A stretch of DNA of 63,443 nucleotides, filler included, from Choristocarpus tenellus KU-1152 (taxonomy: Eukaryota; Protista; Phaeophyceae), in NCBI GenBank assembly GCA_964200185.2. It is 10 parts of 10 records of this genome, joined end to end, with 100 filler letters (N's around TTAATTAATTAA, not from the genome) between each part and the next. Parts side by side here need not be neighbours in the genome. Positions count along the whole stretch, not along the records: positions 30,836 to 37,897 come from CAXNAD020006764.1; positions 37,998 to 45,066 come from CAXNAD020006754.1; positions 45,167 to 51,908 come from CAXNAD020007453.1; 7 more parts are not named here. One strand, 5' to 3'. Each line of letters opens with the position of its first letter. Within the stretch, counting starts at the first letter, position 1. The notes beneath the pieces were generated by a model, which saw only the letters and a list, made by a program, of their open reading frames with translations, ran no database searches and was not told the DNA's origin. Positions 37,720 to 50,495 of this stretch are shown here, one piece after another. Position numbers and translations under genes: made by a program.

Positions 37720-37897
37720 GGCTCAAAGTATCTGGCGGGGGGGGGGTGGCGGCTGTGAATTTGGGGTCAAATTTTTCATGTCGCGATTTTTTTGTGATTT
37801 GGTTGCATACGTCTGATGAAATACTGCAAATGCACTTTTCCTGATTTTGGACCAAATGGACACCCTGGTGTAGACCCCCCCCCCCCCCCCCCCTACC
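37720..37897 (+). mobile_element. MITE family B (G-tract type), nearly complete copy, right end cut by the contig end
   Basis: Starts GGCTCAAAGTATCTGG(G)n and ends ATTTTGGACCAAATGGACACCCTGGTGTAGA(C)n. The right end matches the reverse complement of 51860-51908 and 59379-59433; the left half matches 54722-54844. Confidence 0.8.
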
Positions 37898-38695
37898 NNN
37901 NNNNNNNNNNNNNNNNNNNNNNNNNNNNNNNNNNNNNNNNNTTAATTAATTAANNNNNNNNNNNNNNNNNNNNNNNNNNNNNNNNNNNNNNNNNNNNTGG
38001 GCAGCGCCATCGGCGGGGGGGTGGGTTGTTGTTGAGCGAATGCTGGACATGGCAAAGATTGGGAGGGTGTGACGGGGATCGATAAATAACAGGTGCGCGT
38101 GGTATGTACGGAAGGGAATGAATTGAAATGAGGACTGAGGGATGGGAGGTGCTGCTTTATTTCATCTGGTCGGTTGGTCCTCAAAACTCAGAATTCTTTT
38201 TCCGTTGACAGTTATATTGTGTTATAAAAAATACTAATATCGAACAGCATACAATTTCAAATTGAAAATAGATGAGAGTAACAGTTTTTTGGGGACCTTT
38301 TCGTTTCGTACGTTTCAAACGTATTGGATCAATGAAGGATGTGGTTTGTATTTTTATTTGTTGATGTAAGGATTAGAATATCATTATTATTTCGTAAAAT
38401 CCCTAACACACGTGTTTTGACTGTTCAATAGTTTTAGCGATCCAATCGGATCATTAAAACTCTAGATCCGCCTTTTGTCGTCTCTATATTCTTAAGAATA
38501 CAAATGTCCAACAATTTCAGATTTTGTGCTTAAAACAATTAGGGGGTTCCTGTTTTTTTCTTACCCTTTGGTTTCGGAACATTGGAAATGTACAAGATCA
38601 ATTAAGTATGTGCTTTGTATTTAAAAAAAATGTAAGTACGGATATAATCGGATTGACAACTTCCGAAAACCGTAATGCACGGATTTTCCAGATCA

Positions 38696-41600
38696 TGTTC
38701 TCAGGGTGGTGGGCAACACAGGGGGCGCGATGCCGGCAACAAAAGCCACCCCCTTGCTGTGGAAGCAACTGTCCTGGTGTTTTCGGGCAACAGGCGGTCT
38801 TGGGCAGTGAGAAGGTTTAGGAGTGATTAGATTTGAAGGCGGGCGTATGAACTTTGTTTGAGCTCCGGGCAATCCGTGGGACCCTCACCAGCCTGCCAAC
38901 AATGATGCGCTGGAGCTTTCTACCAATGACGCTTCAGCGACCGGTGCCAAGCTTCGCTGAGGATGGGCTCAACCCATCCCGGTCAACGAACAGGGTGACT
39001 GCTGCAAGCGCTTGGCCTGTGTGAACAAGTTCGCGGCAGATAGCGAGTCCTTCCTTGCACGCACGTTGGCCAAAGAGCAGGACATCATCTGGGCGTGTGA
39101 GAACCGCCGCGATTGCAAGCACTTCATTGGCGACCGTTTACCTGTCATTAAGTTGGGACCTGGAGGCGGATCTATGCTCACGGCCGGCATTCCCGTTTGT
39201 ACGCAGTTTTTCAAGGCATCGTTCGGAATATCCAATCATGTTATCGATGTTTGGAAAGGTACACCTAACGCAAGAGCATCCTCCAGCATGGAGAGGTGGG
39301 TTTGATGTATGTACACAGTGTTATTTGTACCGGCTATATTTCCCCCCCTGCTTGATGATTGACAGTAGTCCTATCTAAGAACAATGTAATCCGACCGTAT
39401 TCGACACATTCATTTTGCAGTTACCATGCCTAGATGTCTGATAACAAAGTTAGAGATCCCTCCAGCGTGGAGTTATGTCTTACCTATGTGTATATACACG
39501 TGCGATATGTTTTTTTATGCTTCAACAATATCATCTCATCCGGCCGTCCCCGCGCTGCTGCAGCAGTTACCACGCGTAAATATATACAGAATTAGAGATC
39601 CACTGCTGGCATACGATTCATCTAGGATTCCACCCCCCGTCCCTTGTATCCACCTTCAACACATCTCCCATCCATTTATATACATACGTGCGCTACTACA
39701 ACAGGAACGACACGAACAAAGATAAGGACATGGCTCCAAAGCGAGACCTGGTGATGTCCTGGATAGACTACCGGGCTGATACATACGGGCAGTTCATGCC
39801 TCACTAGTCCACAATTGTGATCTTTGCCACGAACAAAGAGGTAGGTTTTGCCTTTGGTTGTGGAGAGGTTGGCCGCACCTTGTGTTGGAATTAGTTGCAA
39901 ACCGTGTGACCCAGCAGTACGTAGAAGAAGTGGATCGAAGTAGTATTTCGAGTGGTGGATGTTTATAGATTTGACGGGTCTGACATTACGGTTAAAAGAA
40001 AATCTGAAGATTCGTACAAAGGGCTATTTTTTTCGTTTGCTATGTCGAGACTACAATGTTGATGATGATACTATTCGTCGCTTTTACGAAGGAAGGCACA
40101 ATAACTGTTATTTCACCGTTGTGTACACCTACTCTGCGGCCCCAGGCCTGGTCTGACATTGGTAGTAAAAGTGTGTACTTCGTATGTCTAAAGCGCTTCG
40201 AGATGATGATGATGATGATGGTAGATTCGCCTTCTTTACCGTTTCTGTAAATGGCAGCGAGGCCCAAACAGAATGACGCTCTTGGCAGATTTACGAAGAT
40301 AATTGTATTTGCTATTTCTTAACGGACGATGTAAGCTTGCTTGATCCTGTCTTCCGTGTTCGTAGTCAAGTTAGTGGTCAGTCCGCCTTCGATAGATCTT
40401 GCAGCGGTGTTCTTCGAGTGTTCCTTCTCAATAACTCCTCAATTACCCACACAACCAACATTTTTAATTAGGAGCTATACAAGGATTTTTGCAAAGAGGC
40501 AATACGGGTGTATCCTGACGACCCTTCCAAGCGGGCGCACTTCCTCCGATTGCTCAGAGAAGACAGGCCCAACATCAGGGTGAGGGTAGGAGGCGACTTT
40601 ATGAAATGTGACATATGTGTCACGTTAAAAGAGAAGCGGCACGGTGCGCCTGGTGTAAAACCCACGAACGGCTCCACCGTCCTCAAGTCCATCGAGACAA
40701 ACATTTATTGTTACCTACGCTCGATTTTTGTTACTAACCTGATACGTGTTAACAAGTGGCCATTTTTTTACAACTCTAAGCAGATTTATTTGATTTACAG
40801 ACGTGATGTTGCTCTCCCCCATTCACCAGATTATCAAACCGGATAGACTGGTCATCGCCAACAGCACCAGCAGTGCTATGCGGGCCAAAGCCGACGGCAA
40901 ACCTCTCGGCTTCGTGTTCATGTCCTTAGACGCCGCGAACCAGATATCACACGCCCTCCCAGCACTTTACCCACCTACCCACAGTGGTGACAGGTAACCA
41001 CACGCACGCATAGTCCATCTGTCAACAATTTTGCTGCCGCACGCAGAAGAGAATAGACTACCCTGTTTTATTCTACGAATGAGTGCAAAGTCCCAAGAAA
41101 TAACCGCCAAAACAGACGCACATAATTCCACTACCTATTCCGTTCATCATGATGACGACGCACCGTAGAACCTTTCTTTACACGTTTCTTTGGTTCATGT
41201 CCTTCTTATCAGGGCCTACTCCGAGCGCCAGAAGATCATGGCCGCCCACGTTGAAGGCCAGTTCACGGAGGTGTTCTTCACTCCTATCAATCTTGGAGGA
41301 GGTACGTATTGTGGGTCGCGGCTCAACAATCACACGACTGAATAGAGGCTGGTTATGCATGCACCACTTGATTTATCGTCGTGGCGAGTGGACCCGCCGT
41401 AGGTTAGATACCCGAGGACAAGTACATCCTTACACGATTTGCCTACAGATACCGCAGGCCTGGTGAACAGTCGATTAACTGATGATGCGCTGTGCTCCCT
41501 TGCCCTTGTACACCTCAGCTTCGGGAGGGCGAGAGGAGCGTAAGAGCTAATCAACGAGGAGGAAAACCCACAGATATGTATATTAGCCAGTCGGGTGTAT

Positions 41601-44479
41601 GTGCTCTACATCGCAAAAACAAATTCCATTACCCCTCTTTTTAGCTCCCATTAAACAATGCGTAAGTAAGCAAAGTACTATTTGCCAACTAACGACGGAC
41701 ATCATAGTTCGCGCAGGTTGTAACCTTGTCTGCACAGCCACCCACCTTGCCCTCACAAGGCTTATCGACAAGAACCACAACAGCCTCGATCTCGCGGGGA
41801 GTTGCATCATCCAGCACGTGCATTGGCAGGTAAGAAAGTTTCATCTTGACACAATCTACTCAACACATACTTGCCGAATACCAGTCACCAAGTAACTAAC
41901 TGCACGGTCTTTAGTTTTGGTTTGTGTGTTGCAACCTGCATGTATGATGGCGGTGATGTAGAGCTTGCACTCTAGCACTACTTGCAACATGCCCTGTTCC
42001 TCCACGAAACGCGGCGAAATGGGCTGACATATTGGCCTCACGACTATCCCTCCCTCGCTCCCAACACCCCAAACTGACCAGGTCGACAACTGTGTCTCAG
42101 AGAACAAGAACAATTTATTTCTCGGATATGCGGGGCTGTTGGTCGCGGCGAGTGTCATTCATGTGGTGGAGATACATTTTATGACGGTGGGGCACACGCA
42201 CATCAAAATCGATCAGATCTTCTCCAGGTAATTAGGCAAGATATACAAGTGCGACAGCCACATAGTGTTTTTAAACGGACAGATACTGCCTTGAGGCTTG
42301 CGGCCTTGTTGCGTCCATGGAAGGTTTATGGTCATACACTGCGATAAAAGCAGCTGCCAAAACTGTTTCGAAACCTACTCTCGAAATAAAACAATAAAAA
42401 AATGTACGCATCACCCCTTTTTATATTTATACTTCCATATACATGCATTGGAGCATGTATGTGCCGGCATATATATCTTGCTTCTCCATTTCATTTCTTT
42501 CACCCCCGCCTCAATAATAACTTCCTTCCATTTCACCTTCTGGTACTCACATGGTATAAAAGGGAAGAACATATTCACAAGAACACAGCTGGGTGAAGAG
42601 CTGCAGGCCTCTTACACGGAGGTTCCAGTCTACTGCTAGACCCTATGGAACGAGGGAAACTTCAAGGGACTCCTTCGCGGTCGCGTCAACTGTGTTCCCA
42701 ATATCACGAACTACAGGGCTTTCGCGTTGAAAAAGGCGGTGATGGGAGGGTTAAGGTTAGCACAAAGCAATACATGCACAGCACCGAGTGGTGTGGGATA
42801 GGCAGAGACGTTGCTATTGACCCCAACGCCCCTCCGCACGAACTCTTCATCGGCCACCCGCCTTGTCTCCAAGATGCACCACCCTACCAGCTCAAGAGCG
42901 TGCGTTCCCGAAGACGTCATCCTGAAGGTGGAGCAGCGGTACCAGGCGTCGCACGAGCTCCTCACTGCTGCGTACCCACTGGGTAAGACGATTTTTTCGT
43001 GAGGAGAGTTGATGGCTAATTTTTGTATTCGGTGGCAGCCAAAAAAATCTGATGCAACTTCTGTATGAGGCAGCCTTTACATACAGCCTTTACAAAAACA
43101 ATATTGTAAAAATATACCATTCTCATACGTAGTGATCGTCGCATGTCACAATAAAAAAATACTATAGATTACCCCTGATAAATGTTTTGAGGGTACCGGT
43201 CTTGTACTCAACAGCGACGAATCCGACGAAATCTACACCTTCCCTCTCATGCTCCCCGAGCGTATTCATGAAACCTCAAGCCTGGTTACAACGTAACATT
43301 CATGTTTCCATACCGTTGATGTTGTCGTGCTCATGGATTCCACCTTCGCAGACGATGAAGCCGTTCAGAGAGCGAAGCACGAGCAAAGCGAGTCTGTGCG
43401 GCTTCTCAAAAAGACAGGGGAACGAGAGTTCGACCTCCCAGTCGGTTGGCTTCCCACCAATGACGATGGCGCTGGAACAGGTACCAGCAATGTCGAAGAC
43501 ACCGACCAAGGCGAACGTGCGGGTGGAGGGGGTAATCTCGTCGGAGGTGACAATGATCTCGGCAGGCTCAAGGAAACAGACTCTTCCTCATCAGACAGTG
43601 ACACGGAAGAAGCTGGCTCCTGTCGATGGGGTTGGCCTCGTGCTACCTTGACATCGGCAAACGATGGAAACCTCGTCTCTGTGCAGGAAGGCAGGTTTGC
43701 CTTTTTTGTGGCAACGGAGGCGACGCTCTTGGTCCGCAAGATCCTAGCAGAGCGCGCCGGCAAGGATGGGGGAGTGTGGGGTGGATCTTCACTGGCTTTG
43801 GCCGACCAGTGAACACAAACGTGACAACGCCGCGTTTATGACCCTTGAGAAGTACGGGAAGAGTAGTTTTGTAGAAGGCTACATACACGCTGGTGATAGA
43901 TCCGGGTGAACTGGGAAACAGAAGTGGGTTAAAGACGTAAGCTGGGAACCTGTGGCGGGTATCGTTTTGACTTGCGAGAAACTTGTTGGGAACGGCAAGA
44001 AGATTCCTACCAAGGTCTTGACAGTTCTACGATCTGCTATCGAGGCGAGGGAAAGGGGGGGGTTTGTGGGAGAAGGACGGAAGACTAAATTCAAGGGACG
44101 AGGAGAGGAGAGGGGGGGAGAGAATGGGGACGAAAGGGAGGACAACACCGGAAACGACAAGGAGGAGGACGAGGAGGAAGATGAAGAGGAGGAGGAGGAC
44201 GAGGAGCAGCAGAAGGAGGACGAGGACGACGAGGACGATGAAGATAAGGAGAACGTCGGTACGGGGGAGGGGAGGGGGGCGTCTGCCGGTGCAGGCAGAT
44301 GTACGGGGATACCCTTGCATCCGTCCGTCCAAGGACTTATCCTTGAAGCGGATACAGGACGGAGCAGTACGGCGGCACGGAAGAGACCTTTGGCTCCTAT
44401 GCAAACGCTGGAGCCAAACACGCAGGTTAGGTTTACCGCTACACACTTTCGGCCCAGTTCTGGCACTAGGGAAATGTAG
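38696..44479 (+). pseudogene. Intron-rich Sola-like / DUF7869-type DDD transposase gene, inactivated
   Basis: In-phase exons: ..-39295 (CCKRLACVNKF...VCTQFFKASFGIS), 39705-39840 (SWIDYRADTYGQFMP), 40472-~40654 (FMKCDICVTLK), 40830-40993 (FMSLDAANQISHALP), 41213-41301, 41717-41829 (GCNLVCT...VHWQ), 42082-42227 (VDNCVSENKNN...FMTVGHTHIKIDQIFS), ~42543-42982, then acidic C-terminal segments to 44479. Premature stops at 38958, 39805 and 42637, plus frameshifts near 42720 and 42905. Start and C-terminal exons uncertain. Confidence 0.8.
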
Positions 44480-45174
44480 AGACGTCGGATTAGCAAGCAT
44501 GTGGCAGATATTCATGTTAGTAAAGTATACCTCGTAGGCCTCTTGGAGAACGGACGGTGTGTATTGAGAGTCGAGTATGCTTATTTGTTGTGGCGGATAT
44601 TAATAACTGCGGTAGGTGACGGCGGCGACAACATTTGTTTAGTTTAGTCCATGACGATGTTTTCAGAGCGTTCCTAGGTGCATGTTGTTGTTGTGATACA
44701 TAATACAAGGGGTTTTTGGTTGCATGGCAGTCGTAGTCCTTTGTTTCCATTCATGATTTTGAGCCTCCTTCAATACGGGTTGGTGGTCCTTCATAACATA
44801 CATTATGTACAAACGAAGTATAGATACAAAAGTATGCTTTCAATTGCCAACATACCTGATGCTAGTAACATTTAGAAGTGTCAGCTGCTAGTACTTGTGC
44901 GCAGTGTTGTCGTGATGTCGTAGCAGCAGAGTCGACAAAGACACCATACATCGATGTAATTTATTTTATTTTGTGTGATGTTTCATCATCTATCTCCCAG
45001 ACTGGCTCAGCGGCTTGTTGTACTCATAAAAGCGACTGCATTAGCATGGCAGGGGGGGAACGAAAGNNNNNNNNNNNNNNNNNNNNNNNNNNNNNNNNNN
45101 NNNNNNNNNNTTAATTAATTAANNNNNNNNNNNNNNNNNNNNNNNNNNNNNNNNNNNNNNNNNNNNGGTGGGGG

Positions 45175-45237
<63 letters not shown>

Positions 45238-46070
45238 GGAAGCACAAGAGTCATGGCGGTAAAGCAGGTAGACGGAGTATGAAAAGAGGTATAAATGGAC
45301 ATTGGGGCATTGGAGAGACAGGTGGCAGGGGGTTAAAGAGGTGTGGTAGAGCCTATTGTTTTGGTTGCTTCCTCCACAGCAACGCCCCAAGTATCCCCCC
45401 CTTCACCCATACTGTTTTCACAACAACCATGCAATATTCTACATGCCGTTTTCATTTTGGGGGGAGGGAAGGGGGGCAGTCCGGTTGCTAATGCTGAAAC
45501 CCAGAAGCAAAAAAATCCATCCAGAGAAGCTCCACCGCTTTCAGTAGGTCTTACCATGCTTCCGTCTTCCTCCCACCACCCCCACCCCCCGCCCTCCCCC
45601 CACCCCCCTTTTCCCGTCAGCCCAGAGATCTACTTCATTCATGATGGGGGGAAGAGATTCACAGTGGCTTCACGGAGACAATTCATCCCAGCAACAGCAG
45701 CTAGTCTCAAGGCATGCTCTACAATGGTGTAAGCAAGACAGGCGTGGTAAAACAACGGCTATCGCCAACAAAAACACAAAAATCGCACCCCCTCCCATCC
45801 AAAACTTGTTCCCTCCTCTCAAGCGCAGTGGAAAAACACTCCAGTCTCCCAGACTCATCCTTTCGCTGCTCGAAAGGCCTCTCAACAACACAGGCCAAAA
45901 TCACAACTCAAGTGCGTTTTCCTCCCCTGCAGGCTGCGCGGACTGTAAGAGTTCATGCGGACTGTAAGAGTTCATACGTACAGGTTTCGACAAACATTGC
46001 ATCGCTCATCCTGCCCCAAAGGCAGGGCGGGCGCACAGCAGTGTTTTTATTGAACTGCAATCTGGTGCAC

Positions 46071-47952
46071 CTGTCCATCTGTGATCTTGTTGACAATGTA
46101 CTCCTTGAAACAACCTCGACAAAAACGGTGACCACAACCGGAGATTTGATAAGCCAGCTCTACAGGGCGGTTTTCAAAACAGATCTGTGTGAGAGAGAGA
46201 GGCAGTCGCCGCACAAGGATTGGAGTGGGGTGGAGATAGATAGGGAGGGCTGGGGGGGGGGAGCACTGAGGCAAAAAGGGGAGTAACATCCGGCATACTG
46301 TGCAAGTTTTGATAAAGGATTCACAGATTGTTGTGTACACAAGAGCGATACTGGCAACACTCAAGTTTTGATAAAGGATTCGCAGATTGTTGTGTACACA
46401 AGAGCGATACTGGCAACACTCAAGGGACACAACATCTGCCCAAACAATGTGAGGTTGGTTGGAGGGTTTACGAGCCCACTACCGTAGAACCGAATCCGTG
46501 GAAGATAGGTCATTTCTGTGCAAAGGCACCCATCTTTCTATGAGCAAGCCTGTTCTTGGCTGTGGTCCATGATATGTAACTGTCACTCAAGGAGATGGTG
46601 TATTCGGACTGAGTGAGAAATGAGCGGTAGTGCAGTTAGACTGCGATGGTTCTTGAAATAGTTAAACGCGTTTGGCGTAAGAACAGAATATTGGCACAGC
46701 ATTTGTGTTTTTGTGAGAGACAGTAATTCTAATGAAAATAAAAAATTATGGTAGTAGCATTAACAATAAAGTGCTAAAATTAGCAAAGGCAGGTGAGCGA
46801 GAGTACAAACTAGGCCACTCTCTCTTCCCTATAGCGTTCATCTCGTTTGCCAAGGGGGGCCTTGTGAAGCTCCCGTCTACTTTTTTCTCCTGACTTCTAT
46901 CTTGGTCGTGTCTTCACTACTTTCAGTTCACATATACATTGCGCTTCTTATGTAGCAGAGCATTTGCCAACCTCACAACTGTATTCTCATTCTCTTTGAT
47001 TCCAGCTCCCAAAGAATAATTGTCATCTACTGATTCCCTCCCTCCTATACATTACGTCCTTGAGAGCTCTGAAAGACAAGCTGTCATTTCGTGGGTGGAA
47101 GGCAGTAGTTGCAAGATGTCAAGTGCGAAAACACAGATTACAACAAAACTTCCAAGGTCATGGCATCCCAAGGGCATGTAACCTCAGCGACAAGCACTTC
47201 CTGCAACTGTTGGATCAAGCTATGGTCGCACACATTTGTTTTTCCTCTCTACGCAACACTCTACCTGTCAATTGAGGGATCAATCATGCACCTGGCAGTA
47301 GTACGTTTCCACGCTCTTGTACACCCCTGAGGATAGATATTCCAGTGTTTCCACTATTGATACCCCCAACGGCCCTGTGACTCCGTTGCCTACAGCTGTT
47401 ACATCTCTCAGTGTCCGGCCCAAGGCTTCAAGGTTCAGGCCTTGGCTACCATGACTCTCGACAGACCCAGTGGTGTTGTCGCTGCTCGAGACAGGACAGG
47501 CGAGGGACAATGAGGACCACCTGTGAAGAACGATAAAAGTACGGCTACACATTTATAAATATTACAAGGTGTGACTATCTGAACAAAAACTTCATGAGTT
47601 CTACCGCTTTTCATAGTGGATGAACAGTGACCACCTCCAGAGTCGAGGTCTGAAGCAATGCATACTAGGGGTAACAAATAGCTGAATCATCGCTTTCTCC
47701 CTGTGAGCGAATTTTGGAGCTTAAACCAACCACTGTTGGAACAACGTCAACCTGCCCAGGGTCTCACCTAGTATGCCGTCCTACTCCAAGCGACATAGGC
47801 GGGCTATACATCTCCAACATCCTTAATCTCTCCCCAGGTTGAAAGGGAGGAGTCAGTCCCTGGGTACCTGCAGGCCTGGGAGAGTGGTTGTCCCAATTAC
47901 GTTCCATACGCACATCGACTTCGGCCGTTGTGGCGATTACATCTTCAGACAT
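46071..47952 (-). CDS. RBR (RING-between-RING) E3 ubiquitin ligase, 5' part (exons 47952-47768, 47520-47292, 46184-46071); downstream exons not found in this contig
   Basis: Phases are consistent (185+229+114 nt) with GT-AG sites. The junction creates 'ETYYCQ|ICFENRPVELAYQISGCGHRFCRGCFKEYIVNKITDGQ', a C3HC4 RING1 of the RBR type. Start codon tentative. Confidence 0.85.
46303..46424 (+). repeat. 59-bp tandem duplication (intronic)
   Basis: CAAGTTTTGATAAAGGATTCRCAGATTGTTGTGTACACAAGAGCGATACTGGCAACACT x2. Confidence 0.92.
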
Positions 47953-48197
47953 TGTATGCTCCGATGTCTTTATCTTTTCAGCATTCGTCACGAGTGATTC
48001 GTGAACCATTTGTTGCGGTACGTATACACTAGACGATCCACAGACCTTAGAGGCTTGCCCTGTACTGTTCTTGTCGAGGTCCTCACAATACTACTACCAC
48101 TGTATCCTCCTTGTGTATGTTGTGATACAAATATATAATACCCCACCCACCAACTGCGTTTCTGGACCATTGTATTCTAAATGTTTTCATAGGTACT

Positions 48198-49276
48198 GGT
48201 GATAGGACACGATATATATTTGTATTCACAAGAATGTTCTCACAACACTACACAATACACAACCTCAGGAATTTTTCATCAAATCTTCGAATCTTCCTCA
48301 ATTATATGCAGAGTCTACCATACTAACAAGAAAAACAAAAAAGGATATCAGTTTGTCTTTCTCATGTTCTTCAGCGCTTAAGAAAGGAATTTGTTTGACC
48401 AAGGAGGTGGAACAACAAAGGGTGTGATGACTGAACCGAAGAGAGGAGACGAAGAACCAACAAAGTACAGAGAACCAAATAGGAAATGGAAATGGATACT
48501 ACATGAGTGATCGTAAAAACATTTGAACATTTCTCAGAAAGTACGATCGACCTCCACAAAAAGCACCACAAACCATACAAAAACCAACAACCATAAATGA
48601 TACCAAAATGTATCAATAATCATGTAGAAAGAAAATGCGACGAAATAAGAAAAAAATAGGTTTTCAAATTTAGTGGAATGATCATGTGATAATCAACTTC
48701 ACACCAAAATTTACACTTAAGGCGCCCTGCCCTTCCTTCACAAGGCACATCTCCGAATCTGTTCCTTCTGATGACATCGTCGTTCCTTCCTCCTGACATC
48801 AGTGAGCATCAGGATTAGTAGTAGTGGAACACTCATCCTCTTCCTTGGTCAATTCTCTTCTAAGTACCCTTGAACATTGTCTGCCTTTCCTCCATTTATG
48901 TCTCTCTCTTTTCCTTATCCTCCTGAAGAGCCTGTCTCCCGGTTTCTACCTGTTTCACAAACATAGACTAAAGAGAGACAGATGGAAACAGACAAACAGG
49001 TATTTCAGACTGAAGGGGAGCAGGAAGACCCGCAGGAAGAAGGGAATGGAAAGAGACAAGGGAGGAGAGTGGGCAATCCCCCTCATGAGGTCACTCAGGG
49101 AGGAGTGAACATTCAAAAGTGAATGAGGGGAGTCTGTAAGGTCCACTCAAACCACCCGATATTTGCTTCGAAAAGTAGATGCAGATGCCGTACGAGGCGA
49201 CAGACATTGAAGTATATCTTCTAAGGGAAGGCCACCTTGAAGGTATACCTTACTTAGTTGGGAAATGGCTATCGCA
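48198..49276 (-). mobile_element. Putative solo LTR (~1.08 kb) related to the contig C chromovirus LTR
   Basis: Minus-strand start TGCGATAGCCAT...AAGGTATACCTTCAAGGT resembles 27629 onward. Terminal inverted motif GTGATAG/CTATCGC; flanks GTACT (48193-48197) and CTACT (49277-49281) form a 5-bp TSD with one mismatch. Confidence 0.55.
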
Positions 49277-49887
49277 CTACTAATAAATACATAATAAATT
49301 ATGTACAAATTTATACGGGAGGTAGAAACATCCCAAAAAATGCTACTATTATGAAAACTGTATTTAATAGTATATATAATAATGTAGATTTATAATGTTT
49401 TGTTACTTGTTCATGGTCACTAACATTTTGGGGATAGATGTTATGTCATAGACGAAAGAAGAAGAAACACACCTTACATCATGTAAGGGCAGAGATTATT
49501 AATTATGTAGCACATTAGCAAGAGAGTGTATACTGCTTTAAGGAGAGGCCTTCTGACGCACCAATAACAGAAAGCTACCACCTGGTATTTTTAAACATGA
49601 AAACAAGAAGAGAGGTATTAAGACAAACAAAAATAACTCGAAACTAGTCCTAAACTCGTGGTGGTATGAAAATGGTCTATAAACGAGGGAAGAGTCCCAC
49701 GAGTCCGTTGAGCCCAGTCTTGACCACTATATAGTAGCCTGACGGTCTTATAAATTTATATATAGTACGTAGTATGGTGAAAAGTAGGGCGCACGGTATA
49801 ATATAGTGTGTAGTACCTCTGACCACTGGTCGGGATAGACTCTACACTAAAGTGAAGAAACAATAAAAATATCAACATTGATCGCGT

Positions 49888-49966
49888 GGGGTTATACCTC
49901 CGTGGTTTAAGAGACGGATATCCCATGTGTAAATTTTAAAAGATGATTCGAGTCCCCTCCCTGCCA
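49888..49966 (+). repeat. tRNA-derived pseudogene / SINE head
   Basis: A-box-like TACCTCCGTGGTTTAAGAG and B-box-like GATTCGAGTCCC at tRNA spacing; the cloverleaf is not intact. Confidence 0.35.
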
Positions 49967-50237
49967 GGATTAGTGGTTTTCTACTGTCTAATATTTACGT
50001 GGCAAGCGCAATGGATTGTACGCCTTCACTCTTCTATGTATCACTTTTTAAAGTAGTTTCTTCTACTCCACATATATATTTCTTGTCGAGAATTCTAATT
50101 AATTGTAGGTAGGTGTTGTTGGTGATATAGCGATGTTCATCCTCGCACTCCACTTCCGTTTGGCATGCGTCTTCCACCACACCCACTCTATACTCTGCTG
50201 CAACCGCAAGAGGGTGCCATTTTTTGGGAGGATTTGA

Positions 50238-50495
50238 GAGTCGAAGTATCTTAGAGGGTAGAGTCGTGTCCGTTTGGGGACCAAAATCCAAAGTTGCGAT
50301 TTTGATGTGATTTTGGCTGTCGTGTTTGTTACGAAGTGTCGATATTCTTGTTCCGGACACACCTTTCCATAACGTCTACATTTTACCTACTCTGAAGGCT
50401 TCGGAGTAGGTAAAATGTTACAAATAACTCGTGGGAAGCCAAGCCCCAAACAGACAAACAGAGGAAAACTCGTACAATCTAAGATACTTTCATTC
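50238..50495 (+). mobile_element. MITE family A, copy 3 (258 bp)
   Basis: GAGTCGAAGTATCTTAGAGGGTA...CTAAGATACTTTCATTC flanked by TSD TTGA (50234-50237, 50496-50499). Confidence 0.9.

Noticed and set aside
43879-44515. Antisense ORFs of 205 and 162 aa (also 55316-55933, 60273-60749, 61132-61623)
   Set aside because: Shadow frames of low-complexity or TE coding sequence on the opposite strand.
37998-45066. TIRs of an autonomous element around the transposase gene
   Set aside because: I found no terminal inverted repeat or MITE-type AAAGTATCT end within contig F, so the MITE-transposase partnership remains unproven.
45167-45237. ~70-bp poly-G run (and poly-C runs at 30678-30710 and 37875-37893) as G-quadruplex or Gly/Pro ORFs
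   Set aside because: They lie at contig ends, where homopolymer length is unreliable and may be a sequencing artefact.
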